From: Clostridiales bacterium
Lineage (GTDB): Bacteria > Bacillota > Clostridia > Christensenellales > UBA1242
Direction of reading: 5' to 3'
DNA: 64,000 bases
NCBI GenBank assembly: GCA_015055605.1
Contig: SVHV01000002.1
Coordinates: forward strand, 24,049 to 88,048
Shown: one piece after another, positions 10,793 through 20,237 of the stretch
Layout of the letters: every line of letters starts with the position of its first letter
Numbering within the stretch: position 1 is the stretch's first letter
Notes under the pieces: model-generated
Told to the model about the DNA's origin: nothing
The model's input: the letters and a program-made list of their open reading frames with translations, nothing else
Database searches by the model: none
Position numbers and translations under genes: made by a program

Positions 10793-11797
10793 ATGAAATT
10801 ATTAGTAACTGGTGGACTAGGATTTATCGGTTCACACACAGTAGTTGAATTAGTAGAGGCAGGACACGAAGTTGTTATCTTAGACAACCTATCCAACTCA
10901 AGAATCGAAGTTTTAGATAATCTAGAAAAAATTATAGGATTTAAGCCTAAATTTTACAAAGCAGACCTTATGAATATAGCCGAAGTACGAGCAATCTTTG
11001 AAGAAAACGAGTTTGACGGCGTTATTCACTTTGCAGGACTAAAGGCAGTTGGCGAGTCTGTAGAAAAACCACTTGAATATTACGAAAATAATATAGGTGG
11101 CTCAATCAACCTACTTTACTGCATGAGAGACCATGGCGTAAAGAAGATTGTATTTAGCAGTTCTGCCTGTGTATACGGTGTTCCAGAGCAAAACCCTATT
11201 ACAGAAGATTCACCTAGTAATCAAGTTACAAATCCTTATGGAAGAACAAAGTTCTTTATTGAGGAAATACTCAAAGACTGTGCAATCGCTGACCCTACTA
11301 TGAAAATAACTATACTTAGATATTTCAATCCAGTTGGTGCTCACCACACAGGACTTATCGGCGAAGACCCAAACGGAATACCTAACAACCTAATGCCATT
11401 TATCCAAAGAGTTGCAGATGGCAGGTCTGACAAATTAAAAATCTTTGGTAATGACTACCCAACTCCAGACGGTACATGTATTAGAGACTTTATACATGTT
11501 GTAGATTTAGCAAAAGGACATGTAAAAGCCATAGAAAAAATCGAAGATAAAACACTTAGAATTGTAAACTTAGGTACAGGTAAAGGAACATCTGTCCTTG
11601 AATTAGTAGACACATTCAACAAAGTCAATGGCGACTTAGTGAAATATGAGTTTGCACCTAAGAGAGCAGGAGATGTTCCAGCAAACTTTGCTAATCCAGA
11701 GAGAGCAAAAACTGAATTAGACTGGGAAGCACACCTCACTATTGAAGATATGTGTAGAGATGCATGGAACTTCACAAAAAATACAGACAAAAAATAA
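10793..11797 (+). CDS. galE: UDP-glucose 4-epimerase
   Basis: VTGGLGFIGSH Rossmann motif, YGRTK catalytic motif, and typical GalE length. The start is taken at MKLLVTGG (a GGAG lies 5 nt upstream); the ORF track start at 10784 is also possible. Confidence 0.9.
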   Translation: MKLLVTGGLGFIGSHTVVELVEAGHEVVILDNLSNSRIEVLDNLEKIIGFKPKFYKADLMNIAEVRAIFEENEFDGVIHFAGLKAVGESVEKPLEYYENNIGGSINLLYCMRDHGVKKIVFSSSACVYGVPEQNPITEDSPSNQVTNPYGRTKFFIEEILKDCAIADPTMKITILRYFNPVGAHHTGLIGEDPNGIPNNLMPFIQRVADGRSDKLKIFGNDYPTPDGTCIRDFIHVVDLAKGHVKAIEKIEDKTLRIVNLGTGKGTSVLELVDTFNKVNGDLVKYEFAPKRAGDVPANFANPERAKTELDWEAHLTIEDMCRDAWNFTKNTDKK

Positions 11798-11807
11798 GGA
11801 AAAAGTA

Positions 11808-12404
11808 ATGAAACACATAATCATTGCATCAAATAACAAACATAAACTAAAAGAAATAAATACAATTCTAGATAATTACAAACTTCTAACACTTAACGAT
11901 ATTGGATTTTATGATGATATAATCGAAGACGGTGAAACCTTTGAAGAAAATGCACTTATAAAAGCAACAACAATCAGAAAATATATTGAAGGTACAGAAT
12001 ATTCACAATACCCAATAATTGCAGACGATAGTGGACTATCGGTAGATGCTCTAAATAGTGCTCCAGGAATCTTTTCTGCTAGATATAGTGGACAAGGAGA
12101 TGAGGGCAATAGACAAAAACTTCTCAAAGAATTAGAGGGTGTAACAGATAGAAAAGCTCACTTCTATTGTTGTATGGCAATATCCCTACCAAATGGAGAA
12201 ACGACAACTAGACTAGGAAAAACCGAAGGAACTATCACTACAGAAAAAATCGGTGACGAGAGCTTTGGATACGACTGTTTATTTATGTCCACACCACTTA
12301 ACAAAACCTTTGGCGAAGCTACTGAAGAAGAAAAGAATTCTGTATCTCACAGATATTATGCATTACTAGAAGTAAAGAAGTTTCTAGCAGAAATAGAATA
12401 TTAA
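11808..12404 (+). CDS. rdgB: dITP/XTP pyrophosphatase (RdgB/HAM1 family)
   Basis: MKHIIIASNNKHKLKEI and the DDSGL, FGYD and SHR motifs. ATG at 11808. Confidence 0.9.
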   Translation: MKHIIIASNNKHKLKEINTILDNYKLLTLNDIGFYDDIIEDGETFEENALIKATTIRKYIEGTEYSQYPIIADDSGLSVDALNSAPGIFSARYSGQGDEGNRQKLLKELEGVTDRKAHFYCCMAISLPNGETTTRLGKTEGTITTEKIGDESFGYDCLFMSTPLNKTFGEATEEEKNSVSHRYYALLEVKKFLAEIEY

Positions 12405-12587
12405 ATAAAAAATAAAACAAAAAATGAGGGTATGAATATACTCTCTTTTTTGTTTTTTAAATGACAAAACCACCAAACAATCAATATTACAAACCACACT
12501 ACAAAACCAGCACTAATACAGCAAAGCACAAAGGTCAACACAAAAATCATAATAATATATAGCACACAAAAAGGAGATATTTAGTAG

Positions 12588-13865
12588 ATGATTTATACTG
12601 TAAAAAGTGGAGACACTTTATTCAAAATAGCCAACCAGTACGGAGTAACAATTAATGATATTGTGGTAGCAAATGGATTATCTGAACCTGACAGTCTATC
12701 TATAGGACAGAACCTATTTATACCAAATATAAGAGAAAACTCATACACAGTAAAAGCAGGAGACACGCTATATAAAATCGCAATGAGATTTGGTATACCA
12801 CTAGAAAAGCTTATCAGTAGCAACCCTCAAATATCTAACCCGAATATTATACAAATAGGTGAAATAATAAATATACCCGACACAAGAAAAACAATAGAAG
12901 TCAATGGTTATGCAATAGCAAATATTGATAACAACACACTTAACAAAACACTACCAAATCTTACATATCTAAGCATATTTAGTTATCAAGTAAATGCTAA
13001 CGGAGAACTCTCAAATCTATACGAAAGCGAACTCATAAACAAAGCAGTCACCAACTTCGTAGCACCGATTATGGTAGTAACAAATATTTCAAGTGAGGGA
13101 GGCTTTGATAGCGATATCGCCCACAAAATCCTAACAGACCAACAAACACAAGAAAAACTACTTAATGACATTATATCTATCGTTGTTGACAAAAACTATT
13201 ATGGTATTAACATAGACTTCGAATATATCTATCCCGAAGACAGAGATGCATACAATCAATTTTTAAGAAATTTAAAGAGCAAAATGAATTCTATAAACAC
13301 CAGCCTTACCCTCCTCGTAGCAGTAGCTCCAAAATACAGAGATAATCAACAAGGAATATTATACGAAGCACACAATTACAAGGCTATAGGAGAAATAGCA
13401 GACAGAGTAATCATTATGACTTATGAATGGGGATATATGTATGGAGAACCTATGGCTGTTAGTCCTAAAAAAGAGATGGCTAGCGTCCTTAGATATGCAG
13501 TCACTAAAATCCCATCTCAAAAGATACTTATGGGGCTACCCAACTATGCTTATGACTGGACACTACCATTTAAAAATGGCGATAGTGCGAGGGCTATTTC
13601 TAACAATACAGCATTATCACTAGCGCTATCTACAGGAGCATCTATTAGATACGATTCAGCAAGTGATACACCTTATTTTGAATATATAGACACATCAGGC
13701 AAGCCGCATATTGTCTGGTTTGATGATGCAAAAAGTATTGATGCCAAACTAAAACTTGTCACAGAATTTAACCTTGCAGGAATTAGCATCTGGACAGTCA
13801 ATAATTTCTTTGCGCCACTATGGTCAACACTCAATGATGAGTTTATCGTCAGAAAACTATTGTAA
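12588..13865 (+). CDS. LysM-LysM-glycoside hydrolase family 18 protein (YaaH/YdhD-like peptidoglycan or spore-cortex hydrolase)
   Basis: Two LysM repeats (YTVKSGDTLFKIA, YTVKAGDTLYKIA) and the GH18 motif GINIDFEY. Confidence 0.85.
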   Translation: MIYTVKSGDTLFKIANQYGVTINDIVVANGLSEPDSLSIGQNLFIPNIRENSYTVKAGDTLYKIAMRFGIPLEKLISSNPQISNPNIIQIGEIINIPDTRKTIEVNGYAIANIDNNTLNKTLPNLTYLSIFSYQVNANGELSNLYESELINKAVTNFVAPIMVVTNISSEGGFDSDIAHKILTDQQTQEKLLNDIISIVVDKNYYGINIDFEYIYPEDRDAYNQFLRNLKSKMNSINTSLTLLVAVAPKYRDNQQGILYEAHNYKAIGEIADRVIIMTYEWGYMYGEPMAVSPKKEMASVLRYAVTKIPSQKILMGLPNYAYDWTLPFKNGDSARAISNNTALSLALSTGASIRYDSASDTPYFEYIDTSGKPHIVWFDDAKSIDAKLKLVTEFNLAGISIWTVNNFFAPLWSTLNDEFIVRKLL

Positions 13866-13998
13866 AGTGCTAAAAAACTTATATTTTAACTAAAAAATAT
13901 ACTTAAACCATTGCATTCTAAAAAAAGTGTGTTATAATCAATGTGAAATTTGCATTAATATACTAGTAAAATTATAAATATATACAGAGGAGAAGGCT

Positions 13999-15378
13999 AT
14001 GGAAAGAAGAATATTTTTTGAAGACGCGAGAAAAAATGTATTGGAATTATTTTCTATAGAATTCCCCACACTACACATTGCAGACATTGATTTATTCATA
14101 AGCAACTTTTACAAATGGGTCAACTACGAAGAAGAAGGACAAAAGATTAGACCAACAATTATCATTACAGGTAATATCAATGTAGTCCTAAAAAATGTCC
14201 CAGGATCAAAGAAGATTATCTTCTACGAGGACGAGGACACATCAAACTTTAAGGCACATATCAAGGCACTCATGGTTTTCTGTAAGCGTTCTTGGAATAT
14301 CTACATGAACTTCTCAGAAGACGGAGTTGAGTATGGTATAATCAAAGGCCTAACTAGTATCAAAGAGAAATCTCTTATACAAACCATTACAGAAAAAGAC
14401 ACACTAGAAGCAATCGCAAAGAAGACAAACTTAGTAATCTTAAGTGTAATCGGTGGTGGTGTTTGTAAACTACAAGGAGCTAGAGGAAATACAGTTTCTA
14501 TTTGCTTCAACCTTAACTCAGCCAGCGAGTACAACTGGGAAAATGAAATATACGACTTCGTTGAAGCATGTGTTTCAAAAATCAAAACAACTCCTAGAAA
14601 ATTACAAGACATCAGAAACCTACTCTTTAACACATTCCAAAGATGCTTAAAAGACTTGCACGGAACTATCTGTTTAGTTGTAGACAAAGAGTTTAAAGAT
14701 AAAAACGGTTTCTTAGCAGACGGAACATGGCTAAAAGAACCTATTGAATTTGCTAAACTATTTATGCGTAGCAACAAGTTTGATGAAAATGTACTCAGAA
14801 GTTATGCTGATGTATTTACAACCATGCTCGACTTTGACGGCATCACTATTATAGACAATGCAGGTAGAATCAGAGCATACAATGTATTTATCGAATCAAA
14901 CAATAATTCTGAAAAAATAGTTGGTGGTGCTCGAAAAAGAGCAGCTTACAGCCTCCTTCAAAGCAAACTAAAGAAGATTATCGGTGTATACTTCCAGTCA
15001 CAAGACGGAGACAACTTCTACAAAGAAAAAAGCGACTTAAGGAAGAAAAAGAAAAAAATCAAAATCGTTGGTGGTCAGATTATCAACGAAACAGACGATA
15101 TGCTACCACTAGAGGTAATCGCTAGTCTTCAACTTCAACAAAAGAAAGAAGAAGAGAAAGAACTAGAAAGACTCGCTAAAGAAAAAGAAAAACTTGCTAA
15201 AGAAAAAGAAAAACTTGCCAAAGAAAAAGAAAAACTCGAGTCTGAAAAAGAAAAACTCGAGATTAAGAAAGAAAATCTAGAGGCAGAGCAAGTGAAAAAC
15301 GAAGAAGAAAAACTCAAAGATGAGATGTTTGAGGAAGTTGACCACCAAGAGAAAAAAGAAACAACCATAGAAAAATAA
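13999..15378 (+). CDS. Hypothetical protein with a divergent DisA_N/diadenylate-cyclase-like core and a C-terminal K/E coiled coil
   Basis: FDGITIIDNAGRIRAYNVFIE...GGARKRAAYS matches the order and spacing of the DAC motifs (hDGAhhh ... GTRHRAA), but with DGI and RKR. The tail has LAKEKEK heptads. Confidence 0.6.
   Translation: MERRIFFEDARKNVLELFSIEFPTLHIADIDLFISNFYKWVNYEEEGQKIRPTIIITGNINVVLKNVPGSKKIIFYEDEDTSNFKAHIKALMVFCKRSWNIYMNFSEDGVEYGIIKGLTSIKEKSLIQTITEKDTLEAIAKKTNLVILSVIGGGVCKLQGARGNTVSICFNLNSASEYNWENEIYDFVEACVSKIKTTPRKLQDIRNLLFNTFQRCLKDLHGTICLVVDKEFKDKNGFLADGTWLKEPIEFAKLFMRSNKFDENVLRSYADVFTTMLDFDGITIIDNAGRIRAYNVFIESNNNSEKIVGGARKRAAYSLLQSKLKKIIGVYFQSQDGDNFYKEKSDLRKKKKKIKIVGGQIINETDDMLPLEVIASLQLQQKKEEEKELERLAKEKEKLAKEKEKLAKEKEKLESEKEKLEIKKENLEAEQVKNEEEKLKDEMFEEVDHQEKKETTIEK
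15172..15276 (+). repeat. Tandem 21-bp (heptad) repeats inside the CDS
   Basis: There are three near-identical units: CTCGCTAAAGAAAAAGAAAAA (15172-15192), CTTGCTAAAGAAAAAGAAAAA (15193-15213) and CTTGCCAAAGAAAAAGAAAAA (15214-15234). Two degenerate units follow. Confidence 0.9.
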
Positions 15379-15387
15379 CCAAATCAA

Positions 15388-15416
15388 AACACCACAGTAT
15401 ATGTGGTGTTTTTTAT
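15388..15416 (+). terminator. Rho-independent terminator
   Basis: AACACCACA-GTATA-TGTGGTGTT followed by TTTTAT. Confidence 0.65.
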
Positions 15417-15564
15417 TTCAACGGCACTACATCATAAAAATTCTAATACTTAATTAATTAAATAATTAATTAAACCTACTTATATGTATTAAAAAAATAT
15501 TTTGCATTCAAAATAAAATAAGATATAATTATATTATGAAGATGTCCCACCAAAGGAGGCAAAT

Positions 15565-17229
15565 ATGAAAAAGTTTTTTAAGAATATATTACTCGCATTA
15601 CTACTCATACCTATCTGTTTAGGTTTTTTTGGCTGTAAAGATGACGAGCCCCCTCCAGGAGAGCCTCCAGCACCAGTACCACCACCAACACTTAGTCTTA
15701 CACTAGACTCAATCACAGAGAATATCGGACTAAACAACCTATCTGCAACAGTTACTGGCAACGCTGACTATACATACACAAAGAAAACTAACAATGTTAC
15801 AGTCAAGAGCGAAGAAAAAGGCATAGATAACTTCGTACTAAAAGCAGACAACGGTGAATTTTATCTAAAAACACCTAATGATAGCGAACATTATTTCTCT
15901 AATAATATCTTATATAGTAGAGACCATATCGCCGACAATGAATATGGCAACTGGACCCTAACATATAACAACGCACTAGAAAATATCTTTGCTAAAGACG
16001 AAGGACTAAATAACCTAGAATCATTTATTGAGCCTATAGTTACATCAATTGTAGAAAATATAGAATTAGTTAACGAAAACTGGGTTTCTACTAGACACTT
16101 AGATAACGGTGGTTACGGACTAGATATTAATATAGACTTAACCAGCATACTAAACAAAACTCAGACAGCAATCAAAAATACATACAGTGCATCAAATGAA
16201 GAAAAAACTCTAGAACATTTTATCAACCTACTACTAGCAGAGAGATACGATAATGTCACTCTAGAGAGTATCATTACAGACCTATTGGGTAATGATACCA
16301 CTGCAAAAGAGCCTTTCATCAAAGACTCTACTAATATAAGACAAGTTCTACAACACTTAGACTCTGAGTATGGATTCAATACATACCCTATTGTAAACAA
16401 CCTACTTAGAACCTACTACCTAATAACATCAGACACAGGCACAACAACATCAGCTAAAATGTCTGCTAGTTTAATACTTGATACCCCTGTGTACACTGCT
16501 ATGGCAACCATCAAAAGTTTACTATCTGATGACAACACCGTAATTGAGAGCCTTACAGAAGAGCAAGTTAAAAACACTGTTAACGAAATTGTAAACAAAT
16601 ATCTAAGAAGTGAAACATATACAGTAGAGTATATTTGCGAAAAACTACAACCTAGTATTAACGAAATCTTAGGTAAAGATATTGACCTATACTCACTAAT
16701 TACAACTGCCCAAATCGGAAAAGTTGCATTCAATCTATCCATTGAAACTAATGCAAATAAGAATAGTATCAGTGCAATATATGGAGATATGGAAATCAGC
16801 TTCGGCAGAGATGTTGTGATAGATACACACCCTGCACACAATGACTACAAGTTAAATGCAGACTTTGATTTAACAATCAGTGACTGGGGTACAACAGTAG
16901 TAAATATGCCAACAGTTACAAACGAAGAAGGCAAAACAATCAAACTAGTTATCATTGCAAATACACTATCTGAAAACTCTTCTTATAACGACACACTAAA
17001 TATTCCATACATTACAGAAGATATAGAAATAGTAGATGGAGAATATACTTTTAGATACAAGGTAGACACACATAAACTATACTTCTCTCCACAAATCACT
17101 AATGCATTATTAGGTATAGAGAATGGTGAATATGTGGACAACAAAGAGACCAAAATCACACTATCTGCAACCATCTCGCCTACACTTACTGTATCTGCAA
17201 CAATCATATATTTACCACTAATTATCTAG
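15565..17229 (+). CDS. Lipoprotein, function unknown
   Basis: Signal peptide with the lipobox LGFFGC, followed by a Pro-rich linker (DDEPPPGEPPAPVPPP). GGAGG RBS. Confidence 0.75.
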   Translation: MKKFFKNILLALLLIPICLGFFGCKDDEPPPGEPPAPVPPPTLSLTLDSITENIGLNNLSATVTGNADYTYTKKTNNVTVKSEEKGIDNFVLKADNGEFYLKTPNDSEHYFSNNILYSRDHIADNEYGNWTLTYNNALENIFAKDEGLNNLESFIEPIVTSIVENIELVNENWVSTRHLDNGGYGLDINIDLTSILNKTQTAIKNTYSASNEEKTLEHFINLLLAERYDNVTLESIITDLLGNDTTAKEPFIKDSTNIRQVLQHLDSEYGFNTYPIVNNLLRTYYLITSDTGTTTSAKMSASLILDTPVYTAMATIKSLLSDDNTVIESLTEEQVKNTVNEIVNKYLRSETYTVEYICEKLQPSINEILGKDIDLYSLITTAQIGKVAFNLSIETNANKNSISAIYGDMEISFGRDVVIDTHPAHNDYKLNADFDLTISDWGTTVVNMPTVTNEEGKTIKLVIIANTLSENSSYNDTLNIPYITEDIEIVDGEYTFRYKVDTHKLYFSPQITNALLGIENGEYVDNKETKITLSATISPTLTVSATIIYLPLII

Positions 17230-17320
17230 TTTAGTGACAAAAACACAAGAATATATAGCAGTTCTGCTACACACAACACAGATATTACCAGCACGACATT
17301 TTGTAAAATTTTAAACACAG

Positions 17321-17356
17321 AAAAAACGATACTATTTTTCAAGTATCGTTTTTTAT
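17321..17356. terminator. Bidirectional terminator between convergent genes
   Basis: ACGATACT-ATTTTTCA-AGTATCGT, flanked by an A-run and a T-run. Confidence 0.6.
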
Positions 17357-17362
17357 TTCACC

Positions 17363-18754
17363 TTAAGCTAGTCTATTAGCAATATCTCTAGCAGCAACTA
17401 AACCAGTAGCAGCAGCTACAACTATATTACCTGATTTACCAGCACCATCTCCGATAAAGTAGATATTTTTTTCTAGTGCTTTAAAGTTATTATCGGTCTC
17501 AACCTCATTACTGAAGAATTTGATTTCTGGACCATAAAGTAATGTTTCGTCATTATTTACTCCAGGCATAATCTTATCTAATTCTTCTAATCCCTCTAGG
17601 ATATTTGTAATGATTCTATATGGCATTACTAATGCTAAGTCTCCAGCAACACAGTCCTTTAATGTTGGCTCGATAAAGCCTTTATTGATTCTATGCCAAT
17701 CACTTCTTCTACCTGTTCTTAGGTCTCTAAGTGTTTGGATAATAGGCTTTTTATCTCCTAATACATTCGCAATTCTAGCAATAGACTCACCAAATTCTCT
17801 AGTATTAGTTACAGGCTCTGTTAGATTAACTTTACTGATAAATGCAAAGTTTGAGTTGTTTGATTTTTCATTCTTTAGAGCATGACCATTTACACAGATA
17901 TATCCATTATAATTTTCTTTGGTTACAAATCCACCTGGGTTAGTACAGAATGTTCTAATCTCATCAGCATAAGTTTTTGTCTTAATAAAGATTGTTGGGT
18001 CATAGATAACATCAGTTATTTGTCTAAGAATTTCTTTTCTAGTCTCAACCCTAACACCGATTTCAATAGACTGCGAATTATATGGAATATGTAGTCTATC
18101 CAAAAGTTCTTGTGCCCAACCAGCACCTGTTCTACCAGGAGCAACTACAGCATACTTCGCCTCAAGAACAGCATCTTTACCTTTGTGTTTATAAATAACT
18201 TTATTATTATCTTCTGTTGCCTCAATATCTAATACATCAGCATCTTCTAATACTTCTACACCATTATCTCTTAGATAATCAGTAAAGTCTTTTATATATC
18301 CAGGCAAGTGGTCTGAACCTAAATGTTTTTGTTTGATTAGTAGTAATCTAGCGCCTTTTAGAGTAACTAACTCTTTTACCCTCTGACTCTCGTCCGTACT
18401 CTTTGGATAAACATCAGCATCCATACCGAATTTGTTGAAAATTTCTTCTGTTTCATCAATTAATTTGTATGCATCACTCTCACCCATATACTTAAACAAG
18501 TCACTCTTGCCTAATTTTGGAATAAAGTTTAGTTTACCATCAGAGAAAGTACCAGCACCACCATATCCAGAAAGTATTTGACAAGGTACACAGTTAGCAC
18601 ACTTACCAGAAGTCTTCATAGGACAACCTCTGTTTTCTGCAAGTTTACCTTTATCCATAAGTACAACTTTTAGTTTTGGATTCTTAGTGATTAGTTCGTA
18701 AGCAGTGAATAGTCCGGCTGGACCTGCACCGATAATTGCTACATCAAAATTCAT
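17363..18754 (-). CDS. FAD-dependent protein (COG2509-type NAD(FAD)-utilising dehydrogenase)
   Basis: The N-terminal FDVAIIGAGPAGLFTA dinucleotide fold, a Cys cluster (CPMKTSGKCANCVPC) and a C-terminal GDGAG. Confidence 0.8.
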   Translation of the reverse strand: MNFDVAIIGAGPAGLFTAYELITKNPKLKVVLMDKGKLAENRGCPMKTSGKCANCVPCQILSGYGGAGTFSDGKLNFIPKLGKSDLFKYMGESDAYKLIDETEEIFNKFGMDADVYPKSTDESQRVKELVTLKGARLLLIKQKHLGSDHLPGYIKDFTDYLRDNGVEVLEDADVLDIEATEDNNKVIYKHKGKDAVLEAKYAVVAPGRTGAGWAQELLDRLHIPYNSQSIEIGVRVETRKEILRQITDVIYDPTIFIKTKTYADEIRTFCTNPGGFVTKENYNGYICVNGHALKNEKSNNSNFAFISKVNLTEPVTNTREFGESIARIANVLGDKKPIIQTLRDLRTGRRSDWHRINKGFIEPTLKDCVAGDLALVMPYRIITNILEGLEELDKIMPGVNNDETLLYGPEIKFFSNEVETDNNFKALEKNIYFIGDGAGKSGNIVVAAATGLVAARDIANRLA

Positions 18755-18953
18755 ATTTCCTCCTATTTATCTTGTTTTACTGAAATTCTGTAAAGCAAAA
18801 TTATTAAACTCTTACCTAGTGAGTATATCATATTATTTTTAAATCTCCTACCAGTTTTCGACTAGATTAAGGCTAAAAACACACTACAAAGGCGATTTTT
18901 TTGAATTATCAAGCCCATAACATTCTCCTTTGGTTGAAAATTATATCAACCCT

Positions 18954-18982
18954 TTGAATTTACAATAGATATGTGCTATAAT
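18954..18982 (+). promoter_or_regulatory. Sigma-70-type promoter for the 19014 gene
   Basis: TTGAAT (18954-18959), a 17-nt spacer, then TGcTATAAT (extended -10, TATAAT at 18977-18982). Confidence 0.5.
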
Positions 18983-19013
18983 AAAAAGAGAGCATTTTAG
19001 GAGGTAAAACCGA

Positions 19014-19622
19014 ATGAAAATAATGGACTATTTCAGAAGCAAATCACCTAAGAATAAAAAGGCTGAGATAGAGAGACAAGCAATATTAGATGCACACAAT
19101 CAAATGATTACAGATATTCAACACTTTGATATGGGCTTTCCTGTCCAAAGACTAGATGATTCCTATAGTATTATATCTCAAGCCATAAGCGAAAACGGCG
19201 AAAGAATCGGTATCACAAAAATCACTAAATATGCTGACCCAGAAAAGAAACCAAAGTATGAATTTCTAATATACGAGGGTTTAGACACAGAAGGCAGAAT
19301 GACAACTCAGTATTATGAGGCAACTCCTTCACACAAAGCATCTAATCCAGACGAATTATCGTCCTTTACACTAAAATACAACTCTTACAATGACGGTCAA
19401 GGCATACCTTGCGAAACAATAATCAGAGCCAATGTTGCCAGAGGTCAAATCATTCCTACCTCCCCTAACGACATCAGTAGTCCGATAGACATAGACACAT
19501 CTTCTTGTATACCGTCAGAGGCAGATATTGCACACATTATCTCAGAATATGCAAGAATTGAACACATTAAAACAAATACCCAAACAACAATTTCTGCATT
19601 CGATAATATTAACGGTAGATAA
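19014..19622 (+). CDS. Hypothetical protein
   Basis: 202-aa ORF with an AGGAGG RBS. No motif recognised. Confidence 0.6.
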   Translation: MKIMDYFRSKSPKNKKAEIERQAILDAHNQMITDIQHFDMGFPVQRLDDSYSIISQAISENGERIGITKITKYADPEKKPKYEFLIYEGLDTEGRMTTQYYEATPSHKASNPDELSSFTLKYNSYNDGQGIPCETIIRANVARGQIIPTSPNDISSPIDIDTSSCIPSEADIAHIISEYARIEHIKTNTQTTISAFDNINGR

Positions 19623-19720
19623 CCTCTTTTTAGATGGCCACTAATGTATGGCTATCTTTTCTATAAAAAAAATCATAAAAACTGTCGTTTCGACAAATTT
19701 AGACAATATTTAAAAATTAG

Positions 19721-19770
19721 TTGACTTTACAACTAGTTGATGCTAATATTGACTTGTTGATTTTACAACA
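19721..19770 (+). promoter_or_regulatory. marR-degV promoter with overlapping palindromic operator candidates
   Basis: TTGACT (19721-19726), a 17-nt spacer, then TAATAT (19744-19749). The perfect palindrome CAACTAGTTG (19730-19739) lies in the spacer. A second inverted repeat, TGTTG-N6-CAACA (19755-19770), lies downstream. The pair TTGACTT and TTACAAC occurs twice. Confidence 0.55.
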
Positions 19771-19783
19771 GGAGAATTTCATA

Positions 19784-20236
19784 ATGATAGAAAGATACAG
19801 AGATTTTACTGTTTTGATAACAACAATCAATAGAAGTATTAAAAAAATCAAAACAGAGGAAATGAGTGAGTTTAATCTAAGAAGCCCTCATGTTACTTGC
19901 CTATATTACCTACAGAAAACTGGTGGCGCTACAGCCAAAGAGATATGCGAAATGGGACAAGAAGATAAGGCTTCTATATCTAGGTCAATAGAGTATCTAG
20001 AAGAGAATAATTATATCGTGTGTAACTCAACACAAAAGAAAAAATACAATACCTTGCTAACCCTCACACAAAAGGGCACAGAGATAGCCCAAAAGGTTAG
20101 TGACAAGATAGATTCTATTCTAAACCTAGCAGGTGGAGAATTAGATGACGAAAAAAGAAACATAATGTACGAATGTTTAAACATAATAAACAACAACCTA
20201 GACAAGTTGTGTAAAAACTACGAAGGAGAAAACTAA
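19784..20236 (+). CDS. MarR-family transcriptional regulator
   Basis: Winged-helix pattern of typical MarR length (...ATAKEICEMGQEDKASISRSIEYLEENNYI...). The ATG at 19784 follows GGAGAA. The TTG start in the ORF track at 19721 falls within the promoter. Confidence 0.85.
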   Translation: MIERYRDFTVLITTINRSIKKIKTEEMSEFNLRSPHVTCLYYLQKTGGATAKEICEMGQEDKASISRSIEYLEENNYIVCNSTQKKKYNTLLTLTQKGTEIAQKVSDKIDSILNLAGGELDDEKRNIMYECLNIINNNLDKLCKNYEGEN

Positions 20237-20237
20237 T

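Noticed and set aside
15441-15480. AT-only palindromic run (TTAATTAATTAAATAATTAATTAA) upstream of the lipoprotein gene
   Set aside because: It is low-complexity AT sequence in a promoter region. A palindrome built from TTAA units alone is expected by chance at this base composition.
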